A stretch of DNA of 64,000 nucleotides from an uncultured Fibrobacterales bacterium (GTDB taxonomy: Bacteria > Fibrobacterota > Fibrobacteria > Fibrobacterales > CAWVXU01). The translations under genes were made by a program, and so were the position numbers. The notes beneath the pieces are model-generated. The model ran no database searches and was not told the origin of the DNA. It saw only the letters and a program-made list of their open reading frames with translations. The number at the start of each line of letters is the position of its first letter. Position 1 is the stretch's first letter. Shown piece by piece: positions 1-8,275 of this stretch. Location of the stretch: assembly GCA_963934255.1 (NCBI GenBank), contig CAWVXU010000003.1, positions 1 to 64,000 of the forward strand, read 5' to 3'.

Positions 1-1
1 G

Positions 2-49
2 CTGGACGGAAATGATGATGGCGTGCCTTGTCAGAGTATTTGCAGTTAG
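2..49 (+). CDS. 3' end of a protein with a C-terminal Excalibur-like Ca-binding motif (truncated by window edge)
   Basis: Manual translation LDGNDDGVPCQSICS*; matches the LDxDxDGxxC-type C-terminus of Excalibur domains. Only 15 codons are visible. Confidence 0.55.
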   Translation: MDGNDDGVPCQSICS

Positions 50-60
50 ATAAAAGTCAA

Positions 61-486
61 TTAGGTTTCTGGCTCACTTTTAACAATCCAATTTCTCACG
101 ATATCATACATCCAATTAAATACGATTGCATAGAAGAAGAAGAATACCACAGCTCCTATATCCAATAAAAATACAGACCAAAGGTCCATATCAAGTACAA
201 ACATAATTACGGGAAATGACATAATCATCATGCCAAACTCAAATCCCATTCCATGTAAAATTCTAATATTGAAAGATCTTTCAAGCCTTTCAGGTCCCAA
301 TAATTTATCACAAAGAATGTTATATAAGTAGTTCCATATCATCGCTATAATTGATAAGGTAAAAGACAAAAAAACCATCTGACCTGGGTGTTGATCGGTC
401 AAGTAGATAGCAATAGGCACAAACGAAAGAATCGCAAGTAATTCAAATAATATTGCATGAAATACTCTCTCTTTTTTTGTCATCAT
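61..486 (-). CDS. PACE family (AceI-like) efflux transporter
   Basis: Two internal repeats, RVFHAILFE...WNYLYNILCD and RILHGMGFE...YAIVFNWMYD, with 4 hydrophobic helices. Start placed at MMTKK (486); the ORF track starts at 522. Confidence 0.88.
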   Translation of the reverse strand: MMTKKERVFHAILFELLAILSFVPIAIYLTDQHPGQMVFLSFTLSIIAMIWNYLYNILCDKLLGPERLERSFNIRILHGMGFEFGMMIMSFPVIMFVLDMDLWSVFLLDIGAVVFFFFYAIVFNWMYDIVRNWIVKSEPET

Positions 487-571
487 TGATCCAACAGTTG
501 AGGTTATATATGAGTATACCATTAAAACGTTAATAAAGCTATAATGACTTTAGTGAGGCTTTATAATTACT

Positions 572-955
572 ATGATATTTGACCAATTTAAACAGAAATC
601 AAAAACATGCCCGAATTGCCAGGCTCAATTCGGCTGTGAAGCAAACTCCAAAAAAGCTTGTTGGTGCATAGATTTACCTCATATTTTCTCGAATGACTCA
701 GAGTCAAATTGTTGGTGTCCTTCATGCCTCGAGCAACAAACGAAATTAAAGATCAAAGATTATTTGAAAAACATCACCGCCGAGAAAAAATCCACCATCG
801 CTAAGCTAGGTAAAACTCACAAACTCATTGAAGGAATTGATTATGAAATCAGTACAGTTGGAAACTTTGTCTTTAGTAAATGGCATCACCTCAAACGTGG
901 TAGTTGCTGTGAAAGTGGCTGCCAAGAGTGCCCTTATGAACAACTTTTAGACTAA
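572..955 (+). CDS. Cys-rich protein: CWC-type N-terminal domain fused to a DUF5522-like C-terminal domain
   Basis: CPNCQAQFGC...CWC...CWCPSCL and C-terminal HLKRGSCCESGCQECPY. Confidence 0.7.
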   Translation: MIFDQFKQKSKTCPNCQAQFGCEANSKKACWCIDLPHIFSNDSESNCWCPSCLEQQTKLKIKDYLKNITAEKKSTIAKLGKTHKLIEGIDYEISTVGNFVFSKWHHLKRGSCCESGCQECPYEQLLD

Positions 956-959
956 GTCC

Positions 960-1347
960 GCGTTTTGGGCTTTTGACTCTAGTGGTCACGGTGATATTCA
1001 CGACCTCGGACACGGGATTCAAAGAGCTTATAGCTCTGCTGACAATAATGAAAGAGATTGGGACCTTCAAAAGCAAATCTTAGATTCTCTAACCACCTCT
1101 TTAGTCAAGTTGCTAATATCACTAAAAATGATGGGTTTACCATCGCACTTCCATGGTTAATGCAAAGAGATTTAAGAGATTACTTAGACTTGTGGGGAAT
1201 TGAAATAAGTAAAAGGCCAAGGATCAAATCATGAGCTTTGGATTTACATCCGCTTCGCGCGTTTTCTTTGTCTCAGGTTTAAAAGCCTATTTTGAGACCA
1301 GAGTTCAACCTGAGATTACTATTGATATTGTCACTGCATGGCCTTAG
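960..1347 (+). pseudogene. Decayed C-terminal fragment of an ImpA/M60-like metalloprotease
   Basis: Joining three frames gives AFWAFDSSGHGDIHDLGHGIQ / ANLRFSNHLFSQVANITKNDGFTIALPWLMQRDLRDYLDLWGIEIS / AKDQIMSFGF...ITIDIVTAWP*. This resembles, from memory, the GHGDxHELGHG motif and RDxRxYLDxWG...TAWP C-terminus of ImpA-family proteases. No start codon, two frameshifts, HE changed to HD. Confidence 0.6.
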
Positions 1348-1509
1348 CTTATGGCCCTAATTACTAGCCTAGTTGCAATAAACTGCAAGACCAATAGGCA
1401 AATTGGTAACATGAAACCATCTCATTATTATCAGAAATATCTCAATTTCCCATATTGATTGATTTTCTCGTCTTAAAAAAACTTACTTTAAAAAAAACAG
1501 GAGTCTCAA

Positions 1510-2103
1510 ATGGGTCAATGCAAAATTTGTCAAGAAGAAACTACCGAATTTATCTGTCGAAGCTGTATTGATTCGGATGCAATTACCGAATGTGATTCTT
1601 GTAATCAGGACTTCACTCCGGGCTCAGCATCTTATAAAGTCAAGGATCGTAAAATCACTTGTTCAGCGTGTATTGATGATCAAGCAGACACCAAAAGAGT
1701 CGAAGCAGCCAAAACTTTGAAATTTCGGACTTCTCCTATTGATAATTATAATGAGTGTCAACAATCTCTAGCTGAGATGATTCACGACAGTCGAACTGAA
1801 CTTCTTATTGAAACTCTTCAAGATAGTGTTGACCCTATTGAACTCACTCACTTTTTTCAAAGTGGTCAATTAGAAGCCGACAACATGGTCCGAGTTGTTA
1901 TGGGGAACAACCATGAGCTCAGCTGTATTGGTTTAGCGATTTTTACGAATCAACTCAGTCTTTTAGATGAACTCACTCAGTATGAAGAAGTGGAAACTTA
2001 TCTGGAAAATGAAGCACCCACTTTACTTGAAGAACTTGAGCATTGGGAAAACAAATTACCAGCTTTCGAAGACGCCAAAGAGTTTTTAGAAGACTGGGTC
2101 TAA
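1510..2103 (+). CDS. Hypothetical protein with N-terminal zinc-finger-like region and acidic C-terminal domain
   Basis: Four CxxC pairs (CKIC, CRSC, CDSC, CSAC); AGGAG Shine-Dalgarno upstream. Confidence 0.7.
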   Translation: MGQCKICQEETTEFICRSCIDSDAITECDSCNQDFTPGSASYKVKDRKITCSACIDDQADTKRVEAAKTLKFRTSPIDNYNECQQSLAEMIHDSRTELLIETLQDSVDPIELTHFFQSGQLEADNMVRVVMGNNHELSCIGLAIFTNQLSLLDELTQYEEVETYLENEAPTLLEELEHWENKLPAFEDAKEFLEDWV

Positions 2104-2682
2104 CTTCTTTTAATCGCTCTATCTTTATTATATACTATTGTAATAATTTCTATGCCTCTGTTACCACAATAGGTGCAGATATTGTCATTAAGTCTAGTCA
2201 AACTGTTTTGAAGAAACTCGACATCATTGATATTCCATTTTCTACGGAGCCAATTCAAACTCCTGCTGACTTTAATTATCTAGAAACTATTATCAATGCA
2301 GGTATTAACTTAAAAGGATTAGAGCTTACACCAACTTTGAGTTAAAAATATTTTTACCTAGTTGCGGTTACAGACGCAGTATAAACAATAATTTATTTTC
2401 TCTAGTCTCTTCACAAAGTCCACCTAGAAAAATCAATTGCTTAGCTGAATTCCCAGATGAAGAACCTCTCATTCAATTAGTCTATGCTTCTAAAAAAGTA
2501 GTGTTCTCAGTTTTTTAAACTAATTAATGTGTCTACCATTTTTGTTCAAAGGTTTGAAAAATCGATTCTAAACAACATCTCCTCCATTCATTATTCTAGG
2601 ATAATGAAGTTCATGCTTGATTTTATAATAATCAATGGAGATCAAGCATTTCCCGAGGCTTATGAAATCATCAATTTAAACA

Positions 2683-2724
2683 TTAAAAAAAGCTTTACCC
2701 TATCTTCAGGTAAAGCTTTTTTAA
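2683..2724. terminator. Bidirectional intrinsic terminator
   Basis: AAAAAAGCTTTACC-loop-GGTAAAGCTTTTTT just past the GH19 stop codon. Confidence 0.85.
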
Positions 2725-2742
2725 TTCAGTGACTTTATACTT

Positions 2743-4863
2743 CTATTCGACTAATATTTTAAATGTCTCAACTTCCCTTATTGAGCCATTATCCTGAAAG
2801 AATATTTTAATAAAGTAATTTGCGGGGGCGAGGTTGTTTAAATCCCATTTTCCATCAGCCATAATGACATTCATTTGGACTCCCAATAAATTGACAATCA
2901 CTACCTGAAAGACTTTATCTGATTGAAGGTAGAGAATATTATCATGAACTACATATGTTTTTAGACTCTCTTGGATCAACTCCTCGTGAGGAGTTAGAGA
3001 TGTGCTCACATCACTAATCACCAATCTATCCACTGTGCGACTGACCTCAACAGAACTATTTGATAAAACTGTATCTAAATTGTTCCAGAAGCTCACTCCA
3101 TCAGCTAAACTATCTTGGGCCACAAACAAAGTATCATAGACAATTGAATCTCTTACCGTTGTAGCCAAAGTGTCTAAATTACCATCAACTACACTATCAA
3201 TAACAATAACTATTTCATATCCTTGAGAATAAGTAGAGTCATTTGTATAAGTCGTATCAATCACCGAGCTTGAAGAAGAACTTGTAACCCAGGTGATTTT
3301 TTCAACACGTACTTGATTTTTATTTGCACCAGGCCAATTCGTTGTACTATACAAATTCCAATCGTCGAGTTCACTATCGAGTATCACCGATATATTACAA
3401 TCCTCACCTGCTGGCACAATCTCATCACCAGGACTAAATGGACCACCCTGAGAGACATAATTATTCATTTGATATCCTGCGATAGTACTATCACTATTTG
3501 TAAAATTAAATTCCTTATCTGGTACAGTAGTTCTTTCACATACAGCTTCAACGGGGCGACTTGATGAACTCATCGCCAAACTTGAGGAGCTCATTGCTGA
3601 GCTTGAAGAAGAGGCGAGTGAGCTCGAACTCACCATACTCGAAGAAGAAATGACCACCCAGGTGATTTTTTCAATCCCCACATCAGATTTATTCAACCCA
3701 GCCCAATTCGTTGTACTATACAAATTCCAATCGTCGAGTTCACCATCGAGTATCACCGATAAATTACAATCTTCACCTGCTGGTATTATCTCTTCGCCAG
3801 CAGTAAATGGACCACCTTGAGATGTATAATTATTTATTTGATATCCTGCTATGGTACTGTCACCATTAGTAAAATTAAATCCTCTGTCGGCGACTGCTGT
3901 TCTTTCACAAACAGCATCCACAGGGCGACTCGATGAACTCATCACAGAGCTAGAAGAAATAGCCGAGCTCGAAGCTAAAGTGCTTGAGCTCCCACAATTA
4001 CCATTGAGACAAATATTGGTTTCAAGATTTTGATTTAACCAATTGCTAGTGTGAAAAGTAGGTTGATTCGAACAGTTTAAATATTGTGAATTAGTCAAGT
4101 TAGATGATGCTGGTTTGAGTGATATCCCCAAATCAAGAACATATTTCTCATAATAGGCAATGCGATAGTCTTGCTTATCTTGATTGGGGCCACCAAGACA
4201 TTCTAAGCCTCCATTTATTGCATTGGTAACTGCTGCAAAAGTATTTCCACGAGTATCCCCTGTGGCTAGACCAGTGATTAATCTATGAGGTGAAGGTCTT
4301 GTCTCTGTGTTGTCCATCCAATACCATATTGCCGTTTTAAAGGCCCAATCAGAGGTCGCCACAATTTCAGGGTTATTTAAAAGAGTCGAGGCACTTCCTG
4401 TGAGTTCTTGGGAAGCTTTACCATAGTTATAATTCCATGACAATTGAATCGCCCCACGTCCATAATATATTTTACCCGCCGTAGATGGATAAATTCCACT
4501 TGGAGCCGAATAGGCATTAGAGCAGTCATTTGCTTGACAATAGAGTTCTTTGGTATAACAATAACCCCCAGTGACTCCACCACCACCCGTTTCATGAGAT
4601 GTTTGAGCAAGAAACGCCGCAAGCTCTCGTTTTTGATCATCAACGCTTCCTTCATTGACAAAGTCAGGAAACCAAGATGCCGCAGAAATAAAATTAGCAT
4701 AGGTATAAGTGGTATTTGCGCCCGCTGCCAAACAATTATCAGTGGTTCTCATAGGAAATAATGCGTCAAACTCTGATTCACTTAAATGATCCTGCACAGT
4801 TGCATGTATCTTGGTATTGATGAATGTCATTATCATGATAATGGCAAATAAGGCGCGAATCAT
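2743..4863 (-). CDS. Secreted GH19 chitinase with Ser-rich linkers, two tandem 91-aa domains and a T9SS-like C-terminal sorting domain
   Basis: Signal peptide; RELAAFLAQTSHETGG, YCYTKE, YYGRGAIQLSWNYNY, TNAINGGLEC (GH19 motifs); tail VIVNLLG...LNNLAPANYFIKI. Confidence 0.92.
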   Translation of the reverse strand: MIRALFAIIMIMTFINTKIHATVQDHLSESEFDALFPMRTTDNCLAAGANTTYTYANFISAASWFPDFVNEGSVDDQKRELAAFLAQTSHETGGGGVTGGYCYTKELYCQANDCSNAYSAPSGIYPSTAGKIYYGRGAIQLSWNYNYGKASQELTGSASTLLNNPEIVATSDWAFKTAIWYWMDNTETRPSPHRLITGLATGDTRGNTFAAVTNAINGGLECLGGPNQDKQDYRIAYYEKYVLDLGISLKPASSNLTNSQYLNCSNQPTFHTSNWLNQNLETNICLNGNCGSSSTLASSSAISSSSVMSSSSRPVDAVCERTAVADRGFNFTNGDSTIAGYQINNYTSQGGPFTAGEEIIPAGEDCNLSVILDGELDDWNLYSTTNWAGLNKSDVGIEKITWVVISSSSMVSSSSLASSSSSAMSSSSLAMSSSSRPVEAVCERTTVPDKEFNFTNSDSTIAGYQMNNYVSQGGPFSPGDEIVPAGEDCNISVILDSELDDWNLYSTTNWPGANKNQVRVEKITWVTSSSSSSVIDTTYTNDSTYSQGYEIVIVIDSVVDGNLDTLATTVRDSIVYDTLFVAQDSLADGVSFWNNLDTVLSNSSVEVSRTVDRLVISDVSTSLTPHEELIQESLKTYVVHDNILYLQSDKVFQVVIVNLLGVQMNVIMADGKWDLNNLAPANYFIKIFFQDNGSIREVETFKILVE
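3286..3927 (-). repeat. Two 273-nt intragenic direct repeats (3286-3558 and 3655-3927)
   Basis: RPV[D/E]AVCERT...DDWNLYSTTNW...EKITWV occurs twice, with long runs of identical DNA such as CCAATTCGTTGTACTATACAAATTCCAATCGTCGAGTTCAC. Confidence 0.95.
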
Positions 4864-5023
4864 AAGAACTCTCAGTTGGGGATATTTGTCAGAGCTAAAC
4901 TAGATTCTGAAGTCCAAAAAACCAAGTGTAAGTGCGCCTTGAGTACGAAAACAGTGATCCACCAAACTAAAAAAACTAAAAGCATAGACTGATTGTCTCA
5001 TTCCATTTAAAAGGACCCAAATT

Positions 5024-5063
5024 AATTTTGCTCCCCCTTAAGGAGCAGAATTGAAGCACAATT
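5024..5063. promoter_or_regulatory. Candidate operator: inverted repeat plus a third half-site
   Basis: AATTTTGCTCC-N7-GGAGCAGAATT (one mismatch), followed directly by GAAGCACAATT, in the divergent promoter region. Confidence 0.5.
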
Positions 5064-5131
5064 TGAAGGTTTCACCAAATAAAATGGTATCTTATCTCTA
5101 GAGTAAGATTGACCTCTAAGAAAGATTGAAA

Positions 5132-5995
5132 ATGACTGCATTTCCCCTTATTTTCCATTATTCTGATTATCGTCTTTTCCTTAAGGACTATTTGAAGGCA
5201 CTCAAGGATGAGGATAAGAAGTATTCGCAAAGATATATCATCATGAAAATTGGTGAAAGCTCTGCGGGTTGGGTTTCTGATGTCATCGCCGGTCGCAAGA
5301 ACATAAACGAAACTCAGATGTTCAAGTTATGCCAAATACTTGATCTTGACCCCAGGTCAGAGATATTTTTTGAACTGCTGGTCAAATTCAGTCAAGCCGG
5401 TACTCACGAAGAAAGAACTCGTATTTATGATAAATTGAGAACCTTCCAAGAATGTCCTTCAGAAATCCTGGACGTAGACCGATTTGAGTATTTCAACAAG
5501 TGGTATCACGCTGCTATTCGTGAATTACTTCTACTCAAAGATTTTCAAGGAAATTTTAAAACCCTAGCTGCTAGTCTTTGCCCGAGCATCAGTGAAGATG
5601 AAGCCAAAGACTCCATTGAACTGCTTGTCAAGCTCAATATGGTCTCCAAAAAAGTCGGCGGTAACTATACAGCTTCGACTCCACATGTCAGTAAAAAGAA
5701 AACATTCAATTCACTTCACTATAGGAATTATTTACAGACGAATATTAATCTTGCCATGGAATCCATGGAACGATTTGACAATAATGTTCGTGATGTCTCA
5801 GCCATCAATGCAGTTCTTACCGACGAGCAATTCGCTGAAATCAGAGAAGACATTAAGTCGGTTCGCAAAAAAATTATAAGATTATCAGAGTCCGCAACTG
5901 ACGAGATTTTAAGAGAGAAACAAGAGTCCTACCACATCTATCAGGGTGTATTTGGACTTTTCCCTCTCACCAAACACGGAAGTGAGATGCCATGA
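5132..5995 (+). CDS. TIGR02147 family protein (Fibrobacter-type putative regulator, N-terminal HTH-like region, DUF4423-like C-terminus)
   Basis: IFHYSDYRLFLKDY...VIAGRKNI...YFNKWYHAAIRELL...LCPSISEDEAKDSIELL...YQGVFGLFPLT. ATG at 5132; the ORF track starts at TTG 5126. Confidence 0.85.
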   Translation: MTAFPLIFHYSDYRLFLKDYLKALKDEDKKYSQRYIIMKIGESSAGWVSDVIAGRKNINETQMFKLCQILDLDPRSEIFFELLVKFSQAGTHEERTRIYDKLRTFQECPSEILDVDRFEYFNKWYHAAIRELLLLKDFQGNFKTLAASLCPSISEDEAKDSIELLVKLNMVSKKVGGNYTASTPHVSKKKTFNSLHYRNYLQTNINLAMESMERFDNNVRDVSAINAVLTDEQFAEIREDIKSVRKKIIRLSESATDEILREKQESYHIYQGVFGLFPLTKHGSEMP

Positions 5996-6741
5996 AAAAT
6001 TTATCCAATCAAATGAAATGGATCACTTCGGGCTTATTTAGCATAAGTGTTTTTGTCGCATGTAGTGATGCAGGAGACGCCGTCACTAGTACTGAAGTTG
6101 AAAGCGAATTTAGCATTGCAGGCGAAGTGATTCAATCGTCCACTCGTGGCCCTCTATCACTAAAGGTTCTTAACTCCAATTTAGATAGTATTGATGCTTT
6201 TAAAACAAATTGGGAGGGTGAATTTAATCATCAAATTGTGAGTAATGATTTCGATCCAAAGACAGAAGTATTTATCCTTGAAGTCATCAATCGTGACCTC
6301 AGTATAATTATTGAACCCACAAATTTTGACTCAAGTAAAAACAACATCATTTCTCCTTTCTCCCATTACTTGGTAGAAAAATCAACAGATCAAAATGAAA
6401 CTCTAGTTGAATTAAATCTTGATTCTCTTCAAACCAAATTGTATTCAAGGATTTTCTCTGAGGATTTTGAGTATGTATTTTTAGTAAAATCAAATTATCA
6501 CAATATCGTAGAAGCACTCGAAGAAGCCACCACCAGGACTGCCGCCGAATTAAATATTGACGTCTCAACTCTGCTCAATCAATCCAACTCCCTACTACTT
6601 AATTCAACATTCCAGAAGTACTTGGCTGAATACATAGCAGCTCATCCTGACAAGATTACACCTTATGATTTAAGGCGTCTTGATAATGATGGTGTTTGGG
6701 TGGATAAGGTCGTTGAGAAGCTCATCACCTTTCAGCTATAG
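5992..6741 (+). CDS. Lipoprotein of unknown function
   Basis: Lipobox FVAC|SD; ATGA overlap with the upstream stop. Confidence 0.75.
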   Translation: MKNLSNQMKWITSGLFSISVFVACSDAGDAVTSTEVESEFSIAGEVIQSSTRGPLSLKVLNSNLDSIDAFKTNWEGEFNHQIVSNDFDPKTEVFILEVINRDLSIIIEPTNFDSSKNNIISPFSHYLVEKSTDQNETLVELNLDSLQTKLYSRIFSEDFEYVFLVKSNYHNIVEALEEATTRTAAELNIDVSTLLNQSNSLLLNSTFQKYLAEYIAAHPDKITPYDLRRLDNDGVWVDKVVEKLITFQL

Positions 6742-6781
6742 GGATGGTCACTAGATTGTTGTGATCGTTCGTTTATTTTTT

Positions 6782-6818
6782 AAAAAAAGGCAGCTGTTCA
6801 AATGAACAACTGCCTTTT
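6782..6818. terminator. Bidirectional intrinsic terminator
   Basis: AAAAGGCAGCTGTTCA-AA-TGAACAACTGCCTTTT between convergent genes. Confidence 0.8.
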
Positions 6819-7059
6819 AAGCAATGGCTATAATTCAATTTAAAATTCAGCATAAATACTTTAGGACCCCGGGATACCATAGCCAATTGACCTTTCATAA
6901 ACACCTAATGACTCTGACTGAATAGTTGTTGTCTTATTTAAATTCCTCTTATCCAAATTCACAATATCGGTGATTGCACTAGAAATAATGAGTGCGAAGC
7001 CAGGAGTAGATAGAATTTGTTCTCATAGATTTGTAAAGAGAGGTACTTAATCTCCTGTG

Positions 7060-7518
7060 TTAACCGAAATACTCAACTCGGCCAAGACGAACCTTCATAT
7101 CTAATTCGTTAATTTCATCTAATTTATCAAAATAGAATCGTTCGGCGCTATCAATTTCTTTATCAGTTTTATCAGCATAAGCAGCCGTCCGTGTCTCAAT
7201 TTGAAGCATAATATCCTTAGTATCTTGGAGTACTTTAAAAAACCAAAGATCATAGGTTTCTTGGTCATGTAAGAACTTAACATAACTCAATTGCATATTT
7301 GAAAATGGAATTTCTTGTCCACTAGCTTCTAATAGTTCATACGCTTTTTCAAATTTGCCCAGACCAGCATAGAGTTCAGCCATTTCCAAAAAACCAATGT
7401 CTTCACTATAAGATTCAGATGATATCTTATGAGCAATTTCCAAAGCAAGCTCAGTCGAACCTTCTTGAAAGTTTTCGATGGACTGTTGATATAATTCTTG
7501 GATATTTAGCTTAGACAT
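7060..7518 (-). CDS. Hypothetical helical protein with a TPR-like segment
   Basis: MAELYAGLGKFEKAYELLE is TPR-like; GGAG upstream of ATG 7518. Confidence 0.6.
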   Translation of the reverse strand: MSKLNIQELYQQSIENFQEGSTELALEIAHKISSESYSEDIGFLEMAELYAGLGKFEKAYELLEASGQEIPFSNMQLSYVKFLHDQETYDLWFFKVLQDTKDIMLQIETRTAAYADKTDKEIDSAERFYFDKLDEINELDMKVRLGRVEYFG

Positions 7519-7663
7519 CAGTGAGGCTCCTATTTTGAACAAAGTTAAAAAAAGACCGAATTTATTGGTTCAATGGCCATATATTTCATTATCAAGATCA
7601 ATTTTTAGTTGAAGAATCAGTATTTGAAAAAATTTAGGCCATTGCTTTTAATTCATTCACATC

Positions 7664-7697
7664 AAAGGGAGAAGCCATCGGGACTTCTCCCTTTTTT
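7664..7697 (+). terminator. Intrinsic-terminator-like hairpin in a divergent intergenic region
   Basis: AAAGGGAGAAG-loop-CTTCTCCCTTT followed by TTT. Confidence 0.6.
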
Positions 7698-7738
7698 AGC
7701 TATCTTTAAAGGAATAAAATTTAACGAAAAAGTATGCT

Positions 7739-8272
7739 ATGTCTCCAGATTTTGATAAAGATCTCGCTTTCACTAACATCAAAGCATTTTCAACCCTTGA
7801 GACCCAGGCGGTTTCATCTATTTTGACACTTGTTCAAATTGATGATCAGTCGGACGGTGAGACTCTTGAGTTACAAACTATTCTAGCTAAAGCTGCTATC
7901 ACTTCATTGTACACTCAAGCATCACTACGTATCAAATTGATGGTAATTGCTGCTTTTCAACCAACTAAAAAGGTGACGGAATCCCTCACCAACGCCAAGG
8001 CAATTAATTCATTTCTACTCAACCGTGGGCTTGATTTGACTTCACTGACCAAGTATGCTGCTTTTGATGAAGTGCGCTTGTTAAGTAATTCAGTTTCTCA
8101 CAATGGTTATGTTAAGACTCGTGACCCACTTTGTGAGGTGTATGGTTGGCATGTCGGTCAATTACCTGGTCACAAGATTATCAATAATTTCTCAAAATAC
8201 GAACTTGCTTCTACTGAGCTTTGTGAAGAGATCAAATTAAGCTTAATCGCAACGCTTTCTAAGCTCAAGTAA
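7739..8272 (+). CDS. Hypothetical protein, possibly HEPN-like
   Basis: 177 aa, first gene of a tight operon; EVRLLSNSVSHNG motif. Confidence 0.55.
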   Translation: MSPDFDKDLAFTNIKAFSTLETQAVSSILTLVQIDDQSDGETLELQTILAKAAITSLYTQASLRIKLMVIAAFQPTKKVTESLTNAKAINSFLLNRGLDLTSLTKYAAFDEVRLLSNSVSHNGYVKTRDPLCEVYGWHVGQLPGHKIINNFSKYELASTELCEEIKLSLIATLSKLK

Positions 8273-8275
8273 TTC

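Noticed and set aside
891..1076. 61-aa minus-strand ORF
   Set aside because: Antisense to the Cys-rich gene and the ImpA-like relic.
2043..2345. 100-aa ORF (and 2529-2732) in the gap after the zinc-finger gene
   Set aside because: One overlaps the upstream gene and the other runs through a terminator; no Shine-Dalgarno or recognisable motif. Could be decayed coding DNA but cannot be supported.
3286..3927. Direct repeats as possible DGR template/variable repeats or a CRISPR array
   Set aside because: Both copies are in frame within one protein, the differences are not adenine-specific, and no reverse transcriptase or cas gene is present.
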